The translations under genes were made by a program, and so were the position numbers. The notes beneath the pieces were generated by a model, which was not told where the DNA came from, did no database searches, and worked only from the letters and a program-made list of their open reading frames with translations. From contig CAVUUR010000007.1 in NCBI GenBank assembly GCA_963744715.1, positions 104,770 through 168,769 on the forward strand: DNA of 64,000 nucleotides. Direction: 5' to 3'. This stretch comes from an uncultured bacterium. Its GTDB lineage: Bacteria > Babelota > Babeliae > Babelales > JACPOV01. Of this stretch, positions 20,349 through 30,790 are shown piece by piece; positions within the stretch are counted from its first letter, which is position 1; every line of letters starts with the position of its first letter.

Positions 20349-21488
20349 ATGAAAAAGGAGATACAAGTTGTATACATTATCACTAAGTTAGAGCTTGGTG
20401 GTGCACAAAAAGTATGTCTTTCTTTACTTGAAGAACTTCAAAAAGCTGGGCAAATAACCATACTTATATCAGGCAATGAAGGAGTTCTTGTAAACGATAT
20501 AAAGCACAACAAAAACATTTACCTTTTTGATCATTTTAAACGCGAAATCTCATTAGCAACTCTCTACAGCGAATTAAAAATTTTTTTTACTCTTATAACA
20601 ACTCTTAAACAATTAAAAAAACAATATGCGCATCTTATCGTACATACTCATAGCACCAAAGCCGGATTAATTGGACGATGGGCAGCATTTTTTGCTGGAA
20701 TAAAAAATAGAATTCATACCGTGCATGGTTTTGGTTTTCATCCGTATCAAAATAAAATTGGCTGGATCATTAACTATATATTAGAATTATTAACCAATGT
20801 AATAACTACCCATTATGTATGTGTTTCTTCATATGATGTAAAAACAGGCATTGCATTATTACCCTCTTTTGCTCACAAACATTCTATCATTCGAGCTGCC
20901 GTTACCTTTGAATATCTACCCGCGTACCAATTGACGTCATTTCCTCCCGATGATGAACCATTTATATTTGGTACCGTTGCATGTTTTAAAAAACAAAAAA
21001 ATATTGTAGATTTATTAAAAGCATTTACAAAGGCTCACCAACACAATCCCCATATACAACTGCAAATAATAGGCGACGGTCATTTACGCCCCCTTATCGA
21101 ATCTTATATCGATGAACATGCGTTAACGGATGTCGTTACACTTCTTGGATGGCAAAAAAATGTTGTTCCTTTAATGAGTACATGGCATGCCTTTGTTCTG
21201 AGCTCATTGTGGGAAGGACTCCCATGCGCTATTGTTGAAGCGCGTCTTCTAAAACTTCCTATTATTTCTTACAAAACCGGCGGTATTGCCGATGTAATAT
21301 CAGATGGTGAAAACGGTTGGCTGTGTCACCCAGGCAATTGGCAACGTTTAGCACAATTAATGTTGGATATAAGCAAAAATAAACCGGTTTATGAACGTTT
21401 TAAATATTGTAATGAAGATTTAAGTAGTTTCCACACTACCACGATGATTAAAGATCACATTCAACTTTATCGCTCTTTATTAAAATAA
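20349..21488 (+). CDS. GT4 (GT-B) glycosyltransferase
   Basis: GGAQK, HTHSTKAG, KQKN, SLWEGLPCAIVEA. Confidence 0.92.
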   Translation: MKKEIQVVYIITKLELGGAQKVCLSLLEELQKAGQITILISGNEGVLVNDIKHNKNIYLFDHFKREISLATLYSELKIFFTLITTLKQLKKQYAHLIVHTHSTKAGLIGRWAAFFAGIKNRIHTVHGFGFHPYQNKIGWIINYILELLTNVITTHYVCVSSYDVKTGIALLPSFAHKHSIIRAAVTFEYLPAYQLTSFPPDDEPFIFGTVACFKKQKNIVDLLKAFTKAHQHNPHIQLQIIGDGHLRPLIESYIDEHALTDVVTLLGWQKNVVPLMSTWHAFVLSSLWEGLPCAIVEARLLKLPIISYKTGGIADVISDGENGWLCHPGNWQRLAQLMLDISKNKPVYERFKYCNEDLSSFHTTTMIKDHIQLYRSLLK

Positions 21489-21569
21489 TTTTTCAGTGAC
21501 ATCTGAGCTATTTTCCGTTATTTTCTATATACTTTTTAGACGTAGATTTCAATTAAAAAGGATCAACCT

Positions 21570-22481
21570 ATGACCTATAAAACGTTACTAGAAACAATAG
21601 GTAACACCCCATTGATTAAAGTTAATTTCGGAACACCTTCATTGGTTTTAGCCAAGCTTGATTATCTCAATCCTGGCGGCAGCCTCAAAGATCGATCAGC
21701 ATTATATATGATAGAAGAAGCTGAAAAATCCGGATTGTTAAAACCCGGAGGGACTATTATTGATGCATCATCAGGCAACCAGGGCATTGCAAGCGCCATG
21801 ATTGGTGCAATAAAAGGGTACAAGGTTATTATTACCGTTTCAGAAAAAATTAGCCAAGAAAAAATGCAAACCCTTAAAGCTTATGGCGCGCATATTATTA
21901 TTTGCCCATCTACTCAACATCTTGAAGATCCACAAAGCTATCATAGCCAAGCTGTTGCACTTCATAAAAAAACTCCTAACTCGTTCATGCCAAACCAATA
22001 TTTTAATTGTTCAAATAGGGATGCCCACTATCATTCCCTGGGCCCTGAAATTTGGCAGCAAACAAACGGTTCCGTTACCCATCTTTTTGCGGCCGCCGGA
22101 ACTGGTGGACACGTTAGCGGTCTTGGCCGTTATTTAAAAGAGAAAAATCCTGCCATCAAAGTAATTGCTCTTGATGCCTTAACCTCATGGCGATCAACGG
22201 GTGGCAACCCCAAACCGTACAAAATCGAAGGAATAGGCGTTGATTTTAAATCACCAGTACTGGATGAAAAGATAATTGATGAGTTTATTGGCGTTAGTGA
22301 TGAACAAGGATTAGGAATTCTTAAAGAACTCGCACATAACCATGGTCTGTTAGTTGGTCCAAGTAGTGGAGCTGTTGCCTATGCAGCGCGAGAGTATGCT
22401 AAAAATCTTTCTAACGATGCTGTTGTTGTTATGATTTTGGGTGATTCAGGTCGCGCATATCTTACGAAAAATTTTTACTAA
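21570..22481 (+). CDS. cysK: Cysteine synthase / cystathionine beta-synthase family PLP enzyme
   Basis: IGNTPL, NPGGSLKDR, SSGNQG, GTGG, IEGIG, GPSSG. Confidence 0.88.
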   Translation: MTYKTLLETIGNTPLIKVNFGTPSLVLAKLDYLNPGGSLKDRSALYMIEEAEKSGLLKPGGTIIDASSGNQGIASAMIGAIKGYKVIITVSEKISQEKMQTLKAYGAHIIICPSTQHLEDPQSYHSQAVALHKKTPNSFMPNQYFNCSNRDAHYHSLGPEIWQQTNGSVTHLFAAAGTGGHVSGLGRYLKEKNPAIKVIALDALTSWRSTGGNPKPYKIEGIGVDFKSPVLDEKIIDEFIGVSDEQGLGILKELAHNHGLLVGPSSGAVAYAAREYAKNLSNDAVVVMILGDSGRAYLTKNFY

Positions 22482-22539
22482 AAAAATGGCCTACACTACC
22501 TTGATTAAGCAAAAAAATAACTCTCTGTAAAAATAGAAA

Positions 22540-22571
22540 CCCCCATCCAGACAAAAAGTCTTGGACAGGGG
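22540..22571. terminator. Imperfect hairpin between convergent cysK and GT4 genes
   Basis: CCCCATCCAGAC-AAAAA-GTCTTGGACAGGGG with a T-rich tail on the minus strand. Confidence 0.5.
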
Positions 22572-22678
22572 AAATGGAGGTTATCTAGTTATTTTTTAAG
22601 TTATTAATTAGTAGGAGAATACAGTAACCCTTCATAAAAATCAAATTTTTTATACCACAGACCTGTTATTTTAAAAAT

Positions 22679-23779
22679 TCATTTAGAAATATATTCATAG
22701 AGTTTAACGTATTCATTAATCATTCGTTTACTATTAAATGACGTTATAACGCTCGCGTATGCTTCCTTCCCCAGTTGTTCAGCTAATGCGCTATCTTCAA
22801 TCAGCATTGTTAACGCTTGAACTAACGCATTAACATTTTCACAGGGCACTAACAATCCATTTTTTTTATTAACAATAACATCATGAAATAATTCTTGATT
22901 AGTAACAACGCACGGCAGTGAACAACTCATAGCTTCCAATAACGCCAGTGAAATTCCTTCTTTAAATGATGACAGTGCAAAACAATCAAGTAACGGATAA
23001 TAACTACATGCATCTTGACCTATAATAAAACTAACTTCCTCTTCTATGCCTAATTTTTTTGCTTGCATACGCAAGGCATGTTCCTCGGGCCCTGATCCCA
23101 TAAGCATCAAGCGAGCATGAGAATGTTGTTCATGTACTTGTTTAAATGCATTAATTAATAAAGGATAATTTTTAATTGGTACAAATCTACCAGCTGAACC
23201 AATAATAACATGTTCATCAGAACAATGAACATCTGCACGCATACGTTTGGTATGTTTTGCTTTTTGCACTACGTATTCATGATTAATACCATTCTTAATA
23301 ACCTGTATACTTTTTTTATTAATTGATGGATGTCGTTGAACTAATGAGTTTGCAACACCATCAGAAACCGGCACTATCCTTGTTGCAAGCCGATAAGAAT
23401 AGATATCGAGCGTATTGCGAATAAAACCATCATGGTCAATATGTAGGCTAGAAATCTGAGGAATTCTAAGTACATAAGCAATAATGCTGCTTGCAAAATT
23501 TGCAGCCCATAACCAACCATGAATGCAATCCGGGTTGATGCTTTTTATTAATCGATACAACCGTATAAAAAAAATTGGATCATATAAACAAACAAGACCT
23601 TTAACCTGATACAGTTTTATACCATGTTGTTGCAATGCTTGTATATGCAACCCTGCATGAAAATAAATAACATAATGCTGATTCTTTGTTGTATTTAACG
23701 TAGTTACTAGATCAACCAACAATGATTCTGCACCACCCATTTTCAAGCTAGAAATAACGTGTAGAATGCGCATGCGCAA
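22679..23779 (-). CDS. GT4 glycosyltransferase
   Basis: LHVISSLKMGGAE, GRFVPIKN, EGISLALLEAM. Confidence 0.92.
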   Translation of the reverse strand: MRMRILHVISSLKMGGAESLLVDLVTTLNTTKNQHYVIYFHAGLHIQALQQHGIKLYQVKGLVCLYDPIFFIRLYRLIKSINPDCIHGWLWAANFASSIIAYVLRIPQISSLHIDHDGFIRNTLDIYSYRLATRIVPVSDGVANSLVQRHPSINKKSIQVIKNGINHEYVVQKAKHTKRMRADVHCSDEHVIIGSAGRFVPIKNYPLLINAFKQVHEQHSHARLMLMGSGPEEHALRMQAKKLGIEEEVSFIIGQDACSYYPLLDCFALSSFKEGISLALLEAMSCSLPCVVTNQELFHDVIVNKKNGLLVPCENVNALVQALTMLIEDSALAEQLGKEAYASVITSFNSKRMINEYVKLYEYISK

Positions 23780-23783
23780 GCCC

Positions 23784-24110
23784 TCATTGAGTAGAAAGAA
23801 TATGCGTCAGTAATAAGACACTGCTAGAGCAAACTGCTAATAAACTTGAAACTGCACATGCCCTTGTTGTTGCCAAAGAGCCTTTTTGTCGCTTAACTTC
23901 TCCAGTTAGCATACCGATTGAATCTGTATTGATTCTCAAAACCTTAAAAATTTCTGCATCATAATGCTGCGCATCATATTGAGTAGGCCTAACTTCTTTT
24001 AAGGTATTTTCAACGTCGGCTTCGTTTGTAATTATTTTTACTTCAATGGTCTCCTTATCCATTCCTTGAAGTGCACTACACATTATAAAAATTAATATCA
24101 AACTTTTCAC
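23784..24110 (-). CDS. Hypothetical exported protein, paralog of 24232..24591
   Basis: AGGAG RBS; MKSLILIFIMCSALQG-MDKE signal; C-terminal hydrophobic helix. Confidence 0.75.
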   Translation of the reverse strand: MKSLILIFIMCSALQGMDKETIEVKIITNEADVENTLKEVRPTQYDAQHYDAEIFKVLRINTDSIGMLTGEVKRQKGSLATTRACAVSSLLAVCSSSVLLLTHILSTQ

Positions 24111-24177
24111 ACATTCTCCTTATTTTTTTACTTGCGAAAATTCATTCTCTGGCTACAAAAAAAATAACGTTACTATC

Positions 24178-24202
24178 ATCAGGGACGCAATGCGTCCCTG
24201 AT
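24178..24202. repeat. Perfect GC-rich inverted repeat between the paralogs
   Basis: ATCAGGGACGCA-A-TGCGTCCCTGAT. Confidence 0.7.
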
Positions 24203-24231
24203 CGCAGAATTCCTATGTACAATATTCTTAA

Positions 24232-24591
24232 CTACTTAGGCAAAAGTGTAGTATGCAGTACCAAAAGCGTAAAAGTACAAACCCCCACTAGAAAAGCTGC
24301 ATGCCCATCTCTTCTTAATAAATTCAATGATTCTTGTTGCTTATTAATCGATTGCGTATTTATATGGTGCATTGTTTTCAACATTACCGTAGTATCCCTG
24401 GCAACCTCAGCTGTTTTTAGTCGTTCTTCCCAATGCGTAACGCTATCACAACCCTGTAATGATTGTGGGTAACCCCATGCTAAACTTTCATTATTAATTG
24501 CATCGCTTGGAACTACCTTGATCTCAATAAGTTCCGTATCCATCGCATGCAGTGCACCACATACTATAAAAATCAGTAATAAACTCTTCAT
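24232..24591 (-). CDS. Hypothetical exported protein, paralog of 23784..24110
   Basis: AGGAG RBS; MKSLLLIFIVCGALHA-MDTE signal; C-terminal hydrophobic helix. Confidence 0.75.
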   Translation of the reverse strand: MKSLLLIFIVCGALHAMDTELIEIKVVPSDAINNESLAWGYPQSLQGCDSVTHWEERLKTAEVARDTTVMLKTMHHINTQSINKQQESLNLLRRDGHAAFLVGVCTFTLLVLHTTLLPK

Positions 24592-24611
24592 ACTTCTCCT
24601 TTTTATATTGA

Positions 24612-26189
24612 TTATGAAAAATATTCTTTACGCAGTCTTTTTTTATCAACTTTACCAAGTGCGGTTAACGGCATTTTTTCTAAAATAATAAATTGCCGCG
24701 GTATTTTATACGTAGCTAAATGTTGCGCACATAATGCTTTTAATACTTTTTCTGCATGCGCAAGCGGTTCTCTCAATACAATAAAAGCAACAGGAACTTC
24801 CCCTACCGCTTCATCTGGTTTTCCTACCACGCCAACTTGCAAAACAGCAGCATGAATAAGCAGAATATTTTCTATTTCTTGGGGATAAATCATAAACCCT
24901 TTGTTTTTGATAATATCTTTTTCTCGACCAGAAATAACAATTCTTCCTTGAGTATCAATATATGCACAATCACCGGTATTAAGCCACCCATCTTTTAATA
25001 TTGCCCGAGTACTGGTTGCATCATTGTAGTAGCCAAGCATTACGTTATCACCTTTTACCCATAAAATTCCCGTTTGGCCATGGGCAAGTTCGTTACCATC
25101 TTCATCACGGATTGAGCAGGTAATACCAATTGCTGGCTGACCGACCGTATTAGTTTCTAAAAGTTGATCATCAAAATTAGCCGCAATTAACGGAGAAGTT
25201 TCGGTCATACCGTAGCCATTGCATAATCTACGCCGATAAATCAATTCAACCGCTGAACGAATTTTATCCGGCAATGCATCACCACCCGAAATAAAATATC
25301 GTACGTTATCAAGAGGAGCACGTAATAAACAAAAAAGACCAAATAATGCCGGAACACCAATAATAATCGTTGGTTTATGTGTAAGCCCCTCAAGAATATA
25401 ACGGCGTTCTATTTTCGGCACTACAATAACGGTTGCCCCTAAAAAAAAGCTGCCCCAAACACAAATAAATTGAGCAAAACTATGAAATAAGGGCAATACA
25501 CCAAAAATTTTATCGGCTGGCGTTACCGGAATTAATACTAATCCCTGTACAATATTGGTTAAAATATTACGCGAGCTGAGCATGACACCTTTGGGCACAC
25601 CAGTAGTACCCGATGTATATAATAATGCGGCCATTTCATCAGGGTACAATTGAAAAATTTCAAACTCATCTGCTTGCTGAGCAGATGCGATAAGCGCCGT
25701 TAATTCTGCTTGATCGATAACAGAAGGTAAAATATCAGTTGCTATATCACGTATTTTATCGCGCAAAGTATCTGAGATTAGTAATGCAACTGGCTGTGCA
25801 TCTTTGATGATGTGCAGTAATTCTTTTTCATGTAAATAGGTGTTTAAAGGAACAACAACGGCACCGGTTTGCCAAATACCAAAATACGCATAATAAAATT
25901 CGATAGAATTTTCATATAACAAACATACGCGATCTCGTGGTTTTACACCAAGATCCTGTAACCGTTTGCTCACACCAACGGCATGATGGTACAATTCCTG
26001 AAACGTTACGGAAACTCCCTGGCATATTAAAGCTACGTTGGTTGGAAACAATTTTGATGCCCGTTGTAATAGGCAACCGGCAAAAAATATTGCATCATTG
26101 TGTAGTATAGATTGATAATACGTATCGAATAACCTTTGTTCTGCATCCGATACTTTTTTGCAATGGTAAACCATAGGATCCTTATTCAT
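24612..26189 (-). CDS. fadD: Long-chain fatty acid-CoA ligase (AMP-binding)
   Basis: YTSGTTGVPKG, LPLFHSF, GYGMTETSP, WLNTGD, GKVDKK. Confidence 0.88.
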   Translation of the reverse strand: MNKDPMVYHCKKVSDAEQRLFDTYYQSILHNDAIFFAGCLLQRASKLFPTNVALICQGVSVTFQELYHHAVGVSKRLQDLGVKPRDRVCLLYENSIEFYYAYFGIWQTGAVVVPLNTYLHEKELLHIIKDAQPVALLISDTLRDKIRDIATDILPSVIDQAELTALIASAQQADEFEIFQLYPDEMAALLYTSGTTGVPKGVMLSSRNILTNIVQGLVLIPVTPADKIFGVLPLFHSFAQFICVWGSFFLGATVIVVPKIERRYILEGLTHKPTIIIGVPALFGLFCLLRAPLDNVRYFISGGDALPDKIRSAVELIYRRRLCNGYGMTETSPLIAANFDDQLLETNTVGQPAIGITCSIRDEDGNELAHGQTGILWVKGDNVMLGYYNDATSTRAILKDGWLNTGDCAYIDTQGRIVISGREKDIIKNKGFMIYPQEIENILLIHAAVLQVGVVGKPDEAVGEVPVAFIVLREPLAHAEKVLKALCAQHLATYKIPRQFIILEKMPLTALGKVDKKRLRKEYFS

Positions 26190-26367
26190 TATACTTAATA
26201 ACAGAAACCGGACATGCTAATGCTGCTTCTTTAATCGCTTGTACATGCGCTTGAACATCTGCAGCCGGTTTAACATGGCAAATATCAGTTACCTCAAATA
26301 TTTCTGGCGCTATAAATTCACAGGCACCACAGGTTATACAACCGGGTTCTATAATAACTTTTTTCAT
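26182..26367 (-). CDS. Single-cluster ferredoxin
   Basis: CITCGACEFIAP...ACPV. Confidence 0.9.
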   Translation of the reverse strand: MKKVIIEPGCITCGACEFIAPEIFEVTDICHVKPAADVQAHVQAIKEAALACPVSVIKYNE

Positions 26368-26492
26368 AGATAACTTTCAATTAATGCGATACGGTAGCAT
26401 TTGTTTAAAGACAGTTATAATTTCTTAATCTATACTCTTATCATAAATAGTTTTCCCTCTTTTATCAAAAATTAAGAATTCGAGGTTTACTT

Positions 26493-27140
26493 ATGCAATC
26501 ATTAAAACGTGGTATACTCATCGCAATTGAAGGAATTGATGGCTCAGGGAAAACGAGTCTGAGTAATTCCTTATATCAGAAATTCACTAATAACGGATTT
26601 TCTGTGCTTATTACTAAAGAGCCGGGAGGATCGCTGTTGGGAAAAAAATTAAGAACAATTTTGCAAGAAGGATCAATACCGCGATGCCCAAAAGCAGAAT
26701 ATCTTTTATTTGCTGCCGATAGAGCTCAACATTTTCAAGAAGTGATTATACCTGCTTTGCAACAAAAAAAAATTGTCATTTCAGATCGATTATCCGATTC
26801 ATCATTAGTATATCAAGGTTATGGCAGAAACGTTGATCTTGCTATGATCAATGATATTAATCAGTGGACTATGGAGTATATTCAACCAGATTTAGTATGT
26901 TTCATTTCTCTAGATCCCACAACAGCGCGTGAACGACTTCATTCCAGACAGGAAGCGTTAAGCACCTTTGATCAGGAAACGTATGAATTTGTACAAAAAC
27001 TTATTGTAGGGTTTGAAACTGTTTTTAAAAACAATAAACTGGTAATTCGTCTTGATGGAGAACAATCACAACAACAGATAGCGCATTCCGCATTCGAGAG
27101 CATTCTACAATGGATAACAAAAAACAATATAATTGGCTAA
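26493..27140 (+). CDS. tmk: Thymidylate kinase
   Basis: EGIDGSGKT, KEPGG, LFAADRAQH, SDR, YQG. Confidence 0.96.
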   Translation: MQSLKRGILIAIEGIDGSGKTSLSNSLYQKFTNNGFSVLITKEPGGSLLGKKLRTILQEGSIPRCPKAEYLLFAADRAQHFQEVIIPALQQKKIVISDRLSDSSLVYQGYGRNVDLAMINDINQWTMEYIQPDLVCFISLDPTTARERLHSRQEALSTFDQETYEFVQKLIVGFETVFKNNKLVIRLDGEQSQQQIAHSAFESILQWITKNNIIG

Positions 27141-27886
27141 CTATTGCTCAACAAATACGCGCACATCCTGCTCATATATGGATTGGTGAATATGAAGCGG
27201 TTGCCAATTTCGTTCATGAACTGTTATCTGCACTCTTATGCTCTCAAAAAGCATGTAAACAGTGTGGAACCTGCTTGAATATACGCGAAAAACAACATCA
27301 TCTGGTTATGTGGTTAACGCCGGAAAAGCAATATACGCTTGATGTGCTTGAACCACTCATAGAAACAATAGCTTTTAAATTAGAACCCCATGAAGATTAT
27401 TTTTTTATTCTACAAAAAGCAGAAACCTTAACGCATGCGTGTGCAAATCGATTATTAAAAATTCTTGAAGAACCACCGCATGGTTATCATTTTATTTTAA
27501 CGGCTAATACTACCGAGGCAATCTTACCAACGATCAAATCACGATGTTTAATTAACTATTGGCATGACCAAGAGAAAACAACAAGTACATCTTCTTTGTT
27601 TAATTATTTTTGTACTCTTAATTTTCCATCGCCAACAACTTTTTTAACGCTGATTGAACAAGAAGATCTTCATGAGCGTGCCGCCTTTGAACTTATTGAT
27701 AACGTATTACGCCATTGGATGAATCTATATACTACAGCCATCGGCAACAAAACATTATCTGAGCAATCACATGCGCATGCTATCATCACGCTCCTAAAAA
27801 ATGCACTCAGCACCCCCCCAATGTCAGGAAGCAGTAAACTTTTTTTAAAAAATCTTTATTTACAACTCATGCATAAGAAGCAATAA
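27110..27886 (+). CDS. holB: DNA polymerase III delta' subunit
   Basis: C4 Zn motif, ANRLLKILEEPP, LPTIKSRC; tmk-holB synteny. Confidence 0.9.
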   Translation: MDNKKQYNWLTIAQQIRAHPAHIWIGEYEAVANFVHELLSALLCSQKACKQCGTCLNIREKQHHLVMWLTPEKQYTLDVLEPLIETIAFKLEPHEDYFFILQKAETLTHACANRLLKILEEPPHGYHFILTANTTEAILPTIKSRCLINYWHDQEKTTSTSSLFNYFCTLNFPSPTTFLTLIEQEDLHERAAFELIDNVLRHWMNLYTTAIGNKTLSEQSHAHAIITLLKNALSTPPMSGSSKLFLKNLYLQLMHKKQ

Positions 27887-27995
27887 TCTTTGTTGTCGAA
27901 GAGAAATTTGTTCATTGACTATAGTTTCAAGAATTTTACCCAACTCCGTAAGTTGAGATTTCTATCTATATTGAAAAAAAATAGTACTATTAACA

Positions 27996-28553
27996 CTAAG
28001 ATGGAACAGTTAAAAGTTGAAAAGTCTCAAGAGTTGAATACACAGGACCTTCTGCAGATGCCGTTGATGCTTGCAAATAAAAACGATCTATAGGAAAACA
28101 GACATCAGAAATTGATATTTGATCAATAATATTTTGTAACGCTACGATATCATGCACTTTTTTTATACGCACTAAGGTTATATGGCTCGCAAATGGGCGA
28201 CTTTCCGGCTTAGCCCACGGCAACAAAGCTTCTTCTATGTTCATTGCCAATTTTTTGAGCGGTGCACTATCAATATCAATCCATATCAAGTGCGCATTGC
28301 GTGAAGGTGGCTCGAGTGTTACTCGTTGCATACAAACATCAAATGGTTGTTGTTGCACGCTATGCAACGCTTGTTTAATATCGGCAAGAACATCTTCGGG
28401 CACATCACCTATAAATTTTAAGGTTAGATGCAGATGCTCAAGGCTGACAAAGCGCCCCTCAAATAATGCATCTTGTTTTTGCAATAGATTCTGAATAGTG
28501 TTAACCGTTTTGATAACATACCCAGGTAAAACAACACTAACGAATAAGCGCAT
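27996..28553 (-). CDS. thpR: RNA 2',3'-cyclic phosphodiesterase (2H family)
   Basis: MRLFV start; HLTLKFIG and HITLVR HxT motifs; GPVY. Confidence 0.93.
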   Translation of the reverse strand: MRLFVSVVLPGYVIKTVNTIQNLLQKQDALFEGRFVSLEHLHLTLKFIGDVPEDVLADIKQALHSVQQQPFDVCMQRVTLEPPSRNAHLIWIDIDSAPLKKLAMNIEEALLPWAKPESRPFASHITLVRIKKVHDIVALQNIIDQISISDVCFPIDRFYLQASTASAEGPVYSTLETFQLLTVPS

Positions 28554-28802
28554 TCAATTCCATTGCATTTTCATTACCGATACCCGTCCTTTTTTGTTCC
28601 CCTTTTGCGATTTATTCATTTTTATTTCTTTGTTGCGTTTCTCAAGCCCTTCATTTCGCAAAGCAATCAAATTTTGTACCGCTTCTTCTTTTTTTTCATT
28701 ATATAGATCCCATACTGATTTTTTTTCGATCTGAATATTTTCGCCTGCGCGCATTTGACAAAATGATATGCCAATGACAAATAAATAAACTATTTTTTTC
28801 AT
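28554..28802 (-). CDS. Small hypothetical exported basic protein
   Basis: GAGG RBS, signal peptide; stop codon abuts thpR start. Confidence 0.6.
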   Translation of the reverse strand: MKKIVYLFVIGISFCQMRAGENIQIEKKSVWDLYNEKKEEAVQNLIALRNEGLEKRNKEIKMNKSQKGNKKGRVSVMKMQWN

Positions 28803-28844
28803 GGTATTCCTCGCTATTACAACGAAAGATGTTCAATGATTTTT

Positions 28845-29840
28845 TTAGTAAAAATAATGCATGTAGCAAGTATATATAGGTTCATGGATTTTACAACGCA
28901 TTTCTGAGCATTTAAAAGGCGTATCGTCACGAACTGGTAATGATAATATTTTAGTACCACCAATTTTAAATAGGCCACCATGTATACCACCATTGCGCAC
29001 TACCGATTGCATAACATCGAGAATTGTTTTTTTTCGTACCAACACTGGTTTTGTTTTATCAGCAGCTACATATCCGAATATCATACCAACTACATCTTTT
29101 GGCAAAACTTTTTTATCAACGATACACGTTGAGTCACATAACTTATGTATATATTTTGTATAGATATTCGTAGTTTCATGCCCAAGCTCAATCAATTCTT
29201 TTTTCAGACGCTCACACGGCTCATTATAGCGCGGTAATGTAATTGCCTTTTCTGACAACGCGATAAGTTGCTCGATAAAAGTGCCACGGACTAACGCTTT
29301 CTGTGATTTTATAATTTTTCTATACCGGTTTTTTAATAGTTGTTGTACAGAAGTATAATCTTCGACCACCCTATCTATGGGCAACATTTTTGTATCACCT
29401 TCGTAGCCTTCTATGGTTGGATCTGCATTATGCTGTAATAATAACTCTACAATATCATAAAGATTCTTTTCATGCGGAATTTTTATCCCGCACAAACCAA
29501 ATAATACCGTGCCTTTTTCCTCAATTGAATCATTGGTTGCATTATCATAAATAACATTTGATATCATGATATTGGGGTTAACACGATTTTCAAGCAATTC
29601 TTTACTGAATTCAAAATTTCCCAGGAAAAAATTTTTCCTCAATAACTGTGCTGATTCAACGCCATAATTATCTTGTTCATGTTCACTCACTACAGCCAGT
29701 AGATCATTGGCATAAACAACAAATGACTTTTTTTTATCAGGTGTAATTAATTCTTTATCTTTCATACCATGGATAGAATTATTATTAATCAACAGCAATA
29801 ATAGTATCGTTAGGTATTCTCTAATAATCATGTTTTTCAT
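28845..29840 (-). CDS. Exported ankyrin-like protein with C-terminal F-box-like motif
   Basis: Signal peptide; ELLENRVNPN and IVELLLQHNADPT ankyrin-like helices; LPKDVVGMIFGYV. Confidence 0.7.
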   Translation of the reverse strand: MKNMIIREYLTILLLLLINNNSIHGMKDKELITPDKKKSFVVYANDLLAVVSEHEQDNYGVESAQLLRKNFFLGNFEFSKELLENRVNPNIMISNVIYDNATNDSIEEKGTVLFGLCGIKIPHEKNLYDIVELLLQHNADPTIEGYEGDTKMLPIDRVVEDYTSVQQLLKNRYRKIIKSQKALVRGTFIEQLIALSEKAITLPRYNEPCERLKKELIELGHETTNIYTKYIHKLCDSTCIVDKKVLPKDVVGMIFGYVAADKTKPVLVRKKTILDVMQSVVRNGGIHGGLFKIGGTKILSLPVRDDTPFKCSEMRCKIHEPIYTCYMHYFY

Positions 29841-29846
29841 CTATCA

Positions 29847-30770
29847 TCACCTAGAAAAATAGCCGCAATAACAATCATATATCCCTTTGTATATTTTCAT
29901 TTTTTTGTCACCCAATATTAAATGAGGGCTATCGCCATCTTCTAAAAAAACACCACAATGTTCAGTTATCAATCTTATAAGATCAAGAATCGTTATTTTT
30001 TTTACTAATACTCTTTTTTCATTAGACGTTACATATTCATATATTGTTCTAATTACATCGTTGGGCAAACCCGATCTGTGTTCTGTTTTGTTAGCTAAGG
30101 TATCAAACACCGTTTTTTCGTATATTTTCTTAGCTTCCTCTAGTTCTGCTTTTAAACGATCGTATGGCTCATTATAATACTTTCGTCCGCTGATTGCTTC
30201 TTGTGAGAAAGCAACGAGTGTATCAAGGTCATCCCGCCACATCCATACCCTGTGCTTTTTTATATTTTTTCTATATTGTTTTTTTAATAACTTTCCTACA
30301 GCATTATATCCATGTGAGACCACATGCATAGGAAAAAATTTTCCATTTTTTAGATGTTCTGCTATATTTAAATACCCTGCCATAGTTGGATCTGCACCAT
30401 GATCTAATAATAATTTTACACCACGATAAATTTTCTCTTCGGGTATATCTTCATCACGCGCAATTACTAATACATTAAATAATACGGTACCTTTTGCCTC
30501 ACATAAGACCCTACCGAATGCGTCACATACTACACTCTGGAGCTTTGTATTAGGATTAGCACCTTGGCCAAGTAACTCTTGAGCTTTCGTAAAGTTAAAC
30601 TCTGCGCAACTATTTTGCAATAATGTTGCTAATGTGATTTGTTCAGATCGCTTTTGTTTAGCTGAAACGATTGCAGAATTCTGAACTAATGATTTTTCTC
30701 CTGTAGCTTCCATGCCATACATATAATAAGTGCCAGCCATTGATATCAACATCATACATACTATTTTCAT
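29847..30770 (-). CDS. Exported ankyrin-like protein with C-terminal F-box-like motif (paralog)
   Basis: Signal peptide; ELLGQGANPN and VKLLLDHGADPT; LPNDVIRTIYEYV; shares KGTVLF, YNEP..RLK.EL and TILD with its neighbour. Confidence 0.7.
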   Translation of the reverse strand: MKIVCMMLISMAGTYYMYGMEATGEKSLVQNSAIVSAKQKRSEQITLATLLQNSCAEFNFTKAQELLGQGANPNTKLQSVVCDAFGRVLCEAKGTVLFNVLVIARDEDIPEEKIYRGVKLLLDHGADPTMAGYLNIAEHLKNGKFFPMHVVSHGYNAVGKLLKKQYRKNIKKHRVWMWRDDLDTLVAFSQEAISGRKYYNEPYDRLKAELEEAKKIYEKTVFDTLANKTEHRSGLPNDVIRTIYEYVTSNEKRVLVKKITILDLIRLITEHCGVFLEDGDSPHLILGDKKMKIYKGIYDCYCGYFSR

Positions 30771-30790
30771 AGCAATAACCTTTCTTATTT

